Below, one piece after another: positions 57,474 through 64,000 of a stretch of DNA of 64,000 nt. This stretch comes from an uncultured virus (IMG/VR IMGVR_UViG_3300022752_000050) (lineage: Duplodnaviria > Heunggongvirae > Uroviricota > Caudoviricetes): the IMG/VR virus record IMGVR_UViG_3300022752_000050. One strand, given 5' to 3'. Position numbers and translations under genes: made by a program. The stretch's first letter is position 1, and each line of letters begins with the position of its first letter. The notes beneath the pieces were generated by a model. That model did no database searches, was not told where the DNA came from, and saw only the letters and a program-made list of their open reading frames with translations.

Positions 57474-58466
57474 TTAGGTTGATTTCTGAATACTTTCAAC
57501 TCTTGTATTGTAAACAGGAATCTCCTTTCCAGTTTTAGGAACTCCAGCAAATTTTTGACCATTCTCAAAATAAACCTTTCCATAGTACGGTTTTCCATCA
57601 ACATATCCCTGAACGCTAAGACCAACTAAATCATAAACTTGAACTAAGTTTCTAAGATTTTTTTCTTTATCTACAAACAATGGATCACGAATAACTTCAA
57701 ACACAGGAATCAAATCTACATTTACTCCTGTTTTACTGTGAATGCATATTCTTATATGTTCAGAAAAAGTACCGCCAAAAAGAACTTGTACTTGTCTAAT
57801 TCTTCCAAATGGATCACATTGATATGTTAATACACTTCCATTAGGTTCTTTAAATGTTGTTCCATCTCTCTCAACACAAACTGTAATTTCATCAACACCG
57901 CAATTGTAATTAATTCCAGGATTTGCAACAATTACATCCTTGAGTTGTAAAAGAGCAGGATATTGTGGGGCATTTACAGGAGGTTGTAAATATCCAAATC
58001 CACCATCCTTTACAATGACTCGAACAACTTGCCCATTTTTAATTTCTGTTTCTAAAACTGCTCCTGCTCCATTTTTACATGGATCAATAACTTGAACCAA
58101 TGGAGGAGTTTGATAACCAAATCCACCACTCACCAAATCAACTGCAAGAATTACTCCATTTTTATCAATAACTGGATTTCCCTCTGCCCCAATTCCTTGC
58201 CCACCAAAAAAATTAATCAAAGGTGCAGTGCAAGGTAATTGTCCAGTATTACAAGGATTAGATCGCAAAGTATCTTGTATTGCTAATTGATTTACCTGAT
58301 CAATATTTAAATATTTTAATTGCCCATCACCATTTCTAAAAATAAAAGTAGTTCCTGGATTTAATTTTTCATGTAAATTTGCCTGAGAAATTGTAAGATC
58401 ACTAATATATCCCTCAGTTTTACTAATATATCCAACTCTAAGAACTGAATTAGGATTGATTGTCAT
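57474..58466 (-). CDS. Putative baseplate hub-associated structural protein
   Basis: GGFGYQTPPLV...GAGAVL repeats. Confidence 0.6.
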   Translation of the reverse strand: MTINPNSVLRVGYISKTEGYISDLTISQANLHEKLNPGTTFIFRNGDGQLKYLNIDQVNQLAIQDTLRSNPCNTGQLPCTAPLINFFGGQGIGAEGNPVIDKNGVILAVDLVSGGFGYQTPPLVQVIDPCKNGAGAVLETEIKNGQVVRVIVKDGGFGYLQPPVNAPQYPALLQLKDVIVANPGINYNCGVDEITVCVERDGTTFKEPNGSVLTYQCDPFGRIRQVQVLFGGTFSEHIRICIHSKTGVNVDLIPVFEVIRDPLFVDKEKNLRNLVQVYDLVGLSVQGYVDGKPYYGKVYFENGQKFAGVPKTGKEIPVYNTRVESIQKST

Positions 58467-58476
58467 TATATTTCTC

Positions 58477-60219
58477 CTATCCTATGTCTGATGGTAAGGT
58501 ATATGTCACTTCTGCTTCTGTTCCTGCTCCAGTAAGTGTTCCTCCACCCGTTGCTGATGCTAAACTTGCTTCATATTTTGCTTGTCCTTTTGTAGTGGTT
58601 ACAGCAACATTACCTGGACTTGGTTCATCTTTAGATGGTTGTCCACTTCCACCAGATTTCATTGTATGAGTATCATTTGGAGAAAATACTGGTTCTGGAT
58701 CACAACCAAACATTTTCATAATCGCACTAACAAAGTTAAGAGCAGATGCCATATCAAATCCACCTCCAATTCCACCAAGATCACCTAAGCTTCCAAGACC
58801 TCCGCTTAAATTGCCAAGACCACCAGCACCACCCAAACCTCCTATTCCACCAAGAGCACCAATATTGCCTTGCGATATTCCATCAATAGTATTGACCACT
58901 GAAGTAGCAGCACCCAAACCTGTATTTGTAACATCAAAAGCAGTACTTGCATAATTTAATCCAGGAATATTTGGAGAACTGATTCCGCCAGATGAAGTTG
59001 AGTATGATGGTGAATCACTTGTTCCAAGACCATACTCATTTAATACATTATTAACTCCATCAAAAATAGGAATCATTCCTGCGTTTACACCCTGAACAAT
59101 TTCATTAACATATTTTCCAACAATATCTCCAACAATTTCCTCTACAGAACAAATTGGGTCTGGTTGATAATAACCCGCTGGTGGAAGTGGGGGAAGAGGA
59201 TCACCACCTCTTCTTGCAATGGCATCATTAATTGATTTCTTTGCATCATCACATAAATTTAATCCGATTTTATTAAAAATACAAGAAATAAGTTCCAATG
59301 CTTTAATAACTTTATCCAAAAATTTAATCGTAGTTGTTGGTGGAGCGATTTTAAAAATTGGTTCCATAATTTTGGAAAACAAATCACTAATAAAATCTCT
59401 GATCGATTGAATAATCGTCATTAGAAATTTAGCAATTTCACAAGCAGCATCTTGAATTGCATTAGCAATTGCTGATGCACCACCTGCTAAACTACTTACA
59501 GCGCCAGCATATGTTTGTAGTGCTGCTTGATATTGTTGTAATTTTGCAGTTAAATTTTCAAGAACTGTTTTAATCCCTTTCATCGGGGATTGTTTTTGTG
59601 GATCAGGACATGCAAGAGCGTGTTTCTTTTCTAAAACTTTTGTTTTTTTCTTATCTGCAGCATTTTCTAAGTTTGGTGATGTTGGACTATTGACCGCAGG
59701 AGAAATACCAGGTTTTGGTTGTTCTGTTTTTAAATTTTGATCTGAAGTAAGTTGTAAATTTGGATCAGGATCTTTGCCACCTAAACCACTTTGAGATGTA
59801 AAATTTTGTCCCCCTTCTGCTCCAGTAGCACTTTCTTGATCAATCTGAGCATTTGCCCCCAAAAGTCCCATAATCACGGGAACTTGTTGATCCTGCCCAT
59901 CCATGAAAAATCCAAAAACAAAATTTCCTTGACGAATTGCTGGAGTTTGCCATGATCCACCTTGTCCACCCCCAGCAGTGATGGGATACATGACTTGTGC
60001 CCAAGGTAATTGATCGGATTTTAATGTTTGTTCCTCTTGATCATGTAATCCAATGATTCTGATTTTGTATCGATATCCCCAACCTTTAATATCTTTTGTG
60101 CTTTTAATTTTTTCTTGATTAACATTATCTCTCCACTCCTTATCATCAACTACTTGACCAACCCACCATAAAAAATTACCACCCAAAAATCCTGGATTAA
60201 AAAGAGCACCACCTTGCAT
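58477..60219 (-). CDS. gp5: Baseplate hub subunit gp5 (OB-fold N-terminus)
   Basis: FLWWVGQV, RYKIRIIGLH, LPWAQV, VFGFFMDG..QQVPVIMG. Confidence 0.85.
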   Translation of the reverse strand: MQGGALFNPGFLGGNFLWWVGQVVDDKEWRDNVNQEKIKSTKDIKGWGYRYKIRIIGLHDQEEQTLKSDQLPWAQVMYPITAGGGQGGSWQTPAIRQGNFVFGFFMDGQDQQVPVIMGLLGANAQIDQESATGAEGGQNFTSQSGLGGKDPDPNLQLTSDQNLKTEQPKPGISPAVNSPTSPNLENAADKKKTKVLEKKHALACPDPQKQSPMKGIKTVLENLTAKLQQYQAALQTYAGAVSSLAGGASAIANAIQDAACEIAKFLMTIIQSIRDFISDLFSKIMEPIFKIAPPTTTIKFLDKVIKALELISCIFNKIGLNLCDDAKKSINDAIARRGGDPLPPLPPAGYYQPDPICSVEEIVGDIVGKYVNEIVQGVNAGMIPIFDGVNNVLNEYGLGTSDSPSYSTSSGGISSPNIPGLNYASTAFDVTNTGLGAATSVVNTIDGISQGNIGALGGIGGLGGAGGLGNLSGGLGSLGDLGGIGGGFDMASALNFVSAIMKMFGCDPEPVFSPNDTHTMKSGGSGQPSKDEPSPGNVAVTTTKGQAKYEASLASATGGGTLTGAGTEAEVTYTLPSDIG

Positions 60220-60224
60220 TTAAA

Positions 60225-60443
60225 TTAATCCTCGTAAATCCTACACTCTGATGCATCTGGATGTTCATCACAATACATCTCAAATGCTGTTGGATCATGA
60301 TCCTCATCGGGATGATTTGCCTGATATTTTTCAAGATGATCTAGTTCATCCTCAACATGACGACGCATTTGCGGAGATAAGGTTGAATCATCCAATTTAT
60401 CTCTATCGTCATTAATGTGTTGTTGAATGCTTTTTGTTGTCAT
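60225..60443 (-). CDS. cp12: CP12 Calvin cycle regulator (auxiliary metabolic gene)
   Basis: C-terminal PTAFEMYCDEHPDASECRIYED. Confidence 0.93.
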   Translation of the reverse strand: MTTKSIQQHINDDRDKLDDSTLSPQMRRHVEDELDHLEKYQANHPDEDHDPTAFEMYCDEHPDASECRIYED

Positions 60444-61783
60444 AATGGAATCCTACTTGTGTGATTACCTTTTCTTCCAAAAGAATCTCTAACCAAGTTT
60501 AATTTAGTAAACGTTTGAGTTTGAGAAATATAGTGACATAAATCAGCTATAATATATAGACCTCCATACTCTTTGTTTACTTCATTAGATTTTTCTGATC
60601 TAAGACCAGGAGTATCTAAAAAGATGACATCTCCAGCATGTAAACTAAAATCTCCAGCAATGGTAATTGTCTGCATTCCAGCAAACATTTGATTATAACG
60701 ACGAATTGCCTGATTTAAAACTTTTTGTGCTTCAAAATTTTGTTCGGTTGATTTATCAATTTGTTGTTGAGTGCTTCCAGAGGGAAGAGTTCCTCTGTCA
60801 ATCAACATGTATGTCGTGCGGGTAAACTGACTTTTAAATTTATCATTAAATTTTGGAAGATCTTTAGCAGCAAGATTAGTTCCTTTCTTAGATTCATCTG
60901 CTGTTTGTTTAATCACTTCATAATAACAATTAAATGGATCAAAACAAACTAAACGAGTTCCATAAGCACCCATCTGAAACTTTTCTTGAGCATTTACAGA
61001 ATTATCTGATTGTTGTTCCAAAACTTTACCATCATATCCTGCAGGAACTTTTCCATCTTTATCCGTGGATTCATTATATATTAATGACTTTTTTTTCTCT
61101 TGTGCAAACAATCCATCAATTGATTTAAATTTAAATCCATCAGCAGTTTCAAAGAAAAAGAATCCTGCGCTATCACCCTTTTTTCCATCTTTTCCTGGAA
61201 CCGATGCTTTTGACAACCAATTTAGCGTATAATAAGGTTTGCGATTATTGCCAATAAAATTATAGTTATTACTTGTTTCCTCGATATCCAATTTTTTCTT
61301 TGTATTTAAAAACTTTTTATCAGTTAAAATTTGTTTAATATGATTAGATATTTTTCCATCAAATCTAATATTTAATCTAATCTGCTCATTCCTTAAGAAT
61401 TCTTCAGATACTAGACTAATCATAACTCTAGATTTTCTAGTATCCTCATAAGCTGGTGTCACTTTATTGACGTATAGTTTTGTTTTTATTGTATTATCAT
61501 TATTATCGGTAAATACCAAATTAACCTCTTCAGTTCCAACCAAAGGAAGTCCCTCAATCGTTGATTTATTGTCAATAGCACCACCAGTATCATCAAAGAT
61601 TACTTCTGCTTTTACTGTATCTTGTAAAATGCTTTCATAATACATTAACCTAACAAGTCTTGGTCCAGGTGCTTGAGTTCCACCCAACAAACTTACAACT
61701 TTGCTTGGATCTTTATTTGATTTAATTTCTGCTTTAGTTATAAAGGAAGATCTAGCGTTCCTTGATACGTTTGCCTGTGCCAT
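60440..61783 (-). CDS. Baseplate hub or tail protein (gp27-like)
   Basis: YYESIL, LPLVGTEEV, FFFFETADGFKFKSID.L, GDFSLHAGD.I, GLYIIADLCH, LVRDSFG. Confidence 0.7.
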   Translation of the reverse strand: MAQANVSRNARSSFITKAEIKSNKDPSKVVSLLGGTQAPGPRLVRLMYYESILQDTVKAEVIFDDTGGAIDNKSTIEGLPLVGTEEVNLVFTDNNDNTIKTKLYVNKVTPAYEDTRKSRVMISLVSEEFLRNEQIRLNIRFDGKISNHIKQILTDKKFLNTKKKLDIEETSNNYNFIGNNRKPYYTLNWLSKASVPGKDGKKGDSAGFFFFETADGFKFKSIDGLFAQEKKKSLIYNESTDKDGKVPAGYDGKVLEQQSDNSVNAQEKFQMGAYGTRLVCFDPFNCYYEVIKQTADESKKGTNLAAKDLPKFNDKFKSQFTRTTYMLIDRGTLPSGSTQQQIDKSTEQNFEAQKVLNQAIRRYNQMFAGMQTITIAGDFSLHAGDVIFLDTPGLRSEKSNEVNKEYGGLYIIADLCHYISQTQTFTKLNLVRDSFGRKGNHTSRIPL

Positions 61784-61805
61784 ATTTTATGTCTCCTTCT
61801 TATAT

Positions 61806-64000
61806 TTAACCACCCTTGTATAAAATATCCATTGGGTTTGAAGTTTCTCCCGAAGAAGACATACTTACAAGATTAGCCTCAACATCACTATCATCTCCCA
61901 TTGATTCTTGCATAGGTAAAGCAGAAGCAATAATTGTTTGTGGTGACATTGCATCATAAGGAGCATATTGTTGTATTGCTTTCATCACTCCTTTATAGTC
62001 TTTTGCTTGGTTAATGGCAAGAAGCATATCTCTTGCAGGAGGAACACTGTTGCCATCTATGACAATTTCTTCTTGATTTTTATCGCCCAGTACTGCCAAA
62101 TGTGGGTAATTTGGTGTTATACCCCCATTGCCATATGCTTTTGCGATTGTTGGATTGAAAGATCCGCCAAGAAATTCTTTTAATGCCTTCCTAACTTTTG
62201 CAGATCCACTATATTCTCGTGATCCAATAGAACCAGATCCTCCCCATTGACTTCCAGGAATGTCGAAGGCTCTCCCGACATAATGAAGAGATCCTGGATT
62301 ATGTCCCTCACGAACATTAAGTTCAGTAACTTGAAATCCTTTGGATTTGAAAAAATTAAATGCTCTTTGAGTTGTCTCTTTGTCCTTAAATGCCAAGTGA
62401 TCGTGATAGTTGTCAGGTGTTCCATGTCCAGATTTATCAAACTTTCCAAAAGGAGTATTGGGATCACCAGTTATATATTGTGAAAGAATTCCACCAACTC
62501 CACCTTTATCCGCTCCAGTAATATCCATGCTGCCAGGAATTTCATATCCTTTTTGAGTCTTATATTTTTGCAATCCAGCAAGATATTGGGCATGTATTTT
62601 TGGTCCTTTATCATTCTGAATATATCCCGCAGGTCTTTCCCAGTTTCTCATCCACCAATCAGCAGCATCTTGTGGTGATGAAAAGTTTTGTGTAAAGTAT
62701 TGTGGAGCAACATCTTCTTTTATAGCAAAGTCAATTTGACCTTTCCAATTAGTTGCATAATCTGGTACTGCTCTCAAAAATGCAGATTTTCTACCACCAC
62801 TAGAGTACTGAAATAAACCAACTCCAGGTCCACCAAATTCTGAAACACCAGGTTTAAATCCACTTTCCCTATGAATATTTGCCATAATACCAAGTGCATG
62901 ATTATCACTCATTCCTTTTGAGAGAAGATATTTGTATATGTCACCCTGAAGTCCTGTTGGAGAAAATTCTCCTGCTGTTCCACCAACATTTTCTCCTTCA
63001 CCTTTAGTACCTTCTTCATATTTTTTCTTTTCTGCATTCTCACGTATCATTCTTAAAGTTCTTTGGGCATTACTTTCAATCTCACCTTGGAATGTTTTTG
63101 CTACCCAATTACTAATATCCCCACCAGTTTCAGCAGCAGATAAAACGTCTGGATCTACAAGACCACCCTCAGCAAAAGCAGCAACAATACCACCTTTTAA
63201 TTGTTTGTCTTGTATTCCTTTTGCAATTAATAAGTTAAGACCACGCCCAACATTTTGATAGTCTTGTTGAGATGGTTTTTGCCCTGCAGTGATCTTTGAT
63301 GAAATTGCAAGAATAGGTCCAAAATAATCAGTTTTTCCAAGTTCTTCACCAGTATCTTTAACAGTTTTAAATGGATTTATTGCATTTGCAACTTTTTGTG
63401 CAGATGCAAGTGGGTTTGGAAATATTCCAAATAACTTATCTTTTCCACCAATGTCTGCGCCAGGAGAAGATATTTCTACCTTTCCAGGTTTTTGTGGTAT
63501 TGTTCGTCTATACTTTCCTTTTTTAGAATCTATCGTTCTCTTTACACCCCCCTGCACTCTTCCTCCACGAGATACAGGTGCTCTTCCACCACCAGCCATT
63601 CCAGGAACTGATGGTCCACCAAATGCTTTTACAATATCACTAACTAATAATACAGCATCAATACCCATTGATATTGAAGTAGCAACTCCAGCAACTAGTT
63701 CTAAAAGCCCGCCTGCTGGTAGACCAACTCCAGTGGCAGCAGCTGCTAATCCAGCGACAGCAACAGATCCAGCAAAAGCATCAAGAGCTGCGCCAATTCT
63801 TGCCATCCATCCACCAAGTTGTTCACCTCTTGCAAATCTTGATCTAGCGTCCATTTCACCAAATGCTGCACCAGCAAAAGGTATTGCAGCACCAGCAAAT
63901 TTTGAAAGAGGTCCTGCTAGTTTGGCAAAAGGACCACCTTTTAATTTTGAGGTTATTTTTTGCCACCACTTTGGACCCTTTGGACCGGTATCTCCAGTAA
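61806..64000 (-). CDS. Tail-associated protein with phage tail lysozyme domain (5' end beyond window)
   Basis: ALGIMANIHRESGF, GLFQY, WERPAG; SLHYVGRAFD peptidase-like motif; frame stays open to the window edge. Confidence 0.75.
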   Translation of the reverse strand, partial: TGDTGPKGPKWWQKITSKLKGGPFAKLAGPLSKFAGAAIPFAGAAFGEMDARSRFARGEQLGGWMARIGAALDAFAGSVAVAGLAAAATGVGLPAGGLLELVAGVATSISMGIDAVLLVSDIVKAFGGPSVPGMAGGGRAPVSRGGRVQGGVKRTIDSKKGKYRRTIPQKPGKVEISSPGADIGGKDKLFGIFPNPLASAQKVANAINPFKTVKDTGEELGKTDYFGPILAISSKITAGQKPSQQDYQNVGRGLNLLIAKGIQDKQLKGGIVAAFAEGGLVDPDVLSAAETGGDISNWVAKTFQGEIESNAQRTLRMIRENAEKKKYEEGTKGEGENVGGTAGEFSPTGLQGDIYKYLLSKGMSDNHALGIMANIHRESGFKPGVSEFGGPGVGLFQYSSGGRKSAFLRAVPDYATNWKGQIDFAIKEDVAPQYFTQNFSSPQDAADWWMRNWERPAGYIQNDKGPKIHAQYLAGLQKYKTQKGYEIPGSMDITGADKGGVGGILSQYITGDPNTPFGKFDKSGHGTPDNYHDHLAFKDKETTQRAFNFFKSKGFQVTELNVREGHNPGSLHYVGRAFDIPGSQWGGSGSIGSREYSGSAKVRKALKEFLGGSFNPTIAKAYGNGGITPNYPHLAVLGDKNQEEIVIDGNSVPPARDMLLAINQAKDYKGVMKAIQQYAPYDAMSPQTIIASALPMQESMGDDSDVEANLVSMSSSGETSNPMDILYKGG

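Overview
This window comes from a T4-like myovirus, most likely a cyanophage: it carries cp12, T4-type baseplate genes, NATAAATA late promoters and a cyanobacterial-type tRNA-Leu(UAA) intron. Nearly all genes are on the minus strand. Two late structural blocks are present. The first (1-17.6 kb) holds gp8, a fibre, a 4239-aa gp7-like protein, gp6 and gp25. The second (37.6-64 kb) holds a glycosyltransferase, a sulfotransferase, three tail fibres, two tRNAs, gp5, cp12, a hub protein and a tail-lysozyme protein. Between them lies a ~17 kb region of small early-type ORFs. Its main feature is 12 dispersed direct copies of a 31-bp element (minus strand TAACTTGGATCCTCCAAAGTGTCCCTATAGT) at gene boundaries with strict geometry: the upstream stop codon lies exactly 3 nt before the element in 6 copies, and an ATG lies immediately after it in 7 copies. 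The element divides the region into cassette-like modules. One module is a three-gene restriction-modification-like unit with a split, reverse-ordered methyltransferase. Other notable items are a phage tRNA-Leu with a 199-nt group I intron, a tRNA-Thr(UGU) with a long variable arm, a candidate promoter/iteron/AT-rich origin, a KxDG ligase-like protein and an antisense HNH endonuclease. All product calls come from motif recognition by eye; no database searches were run.
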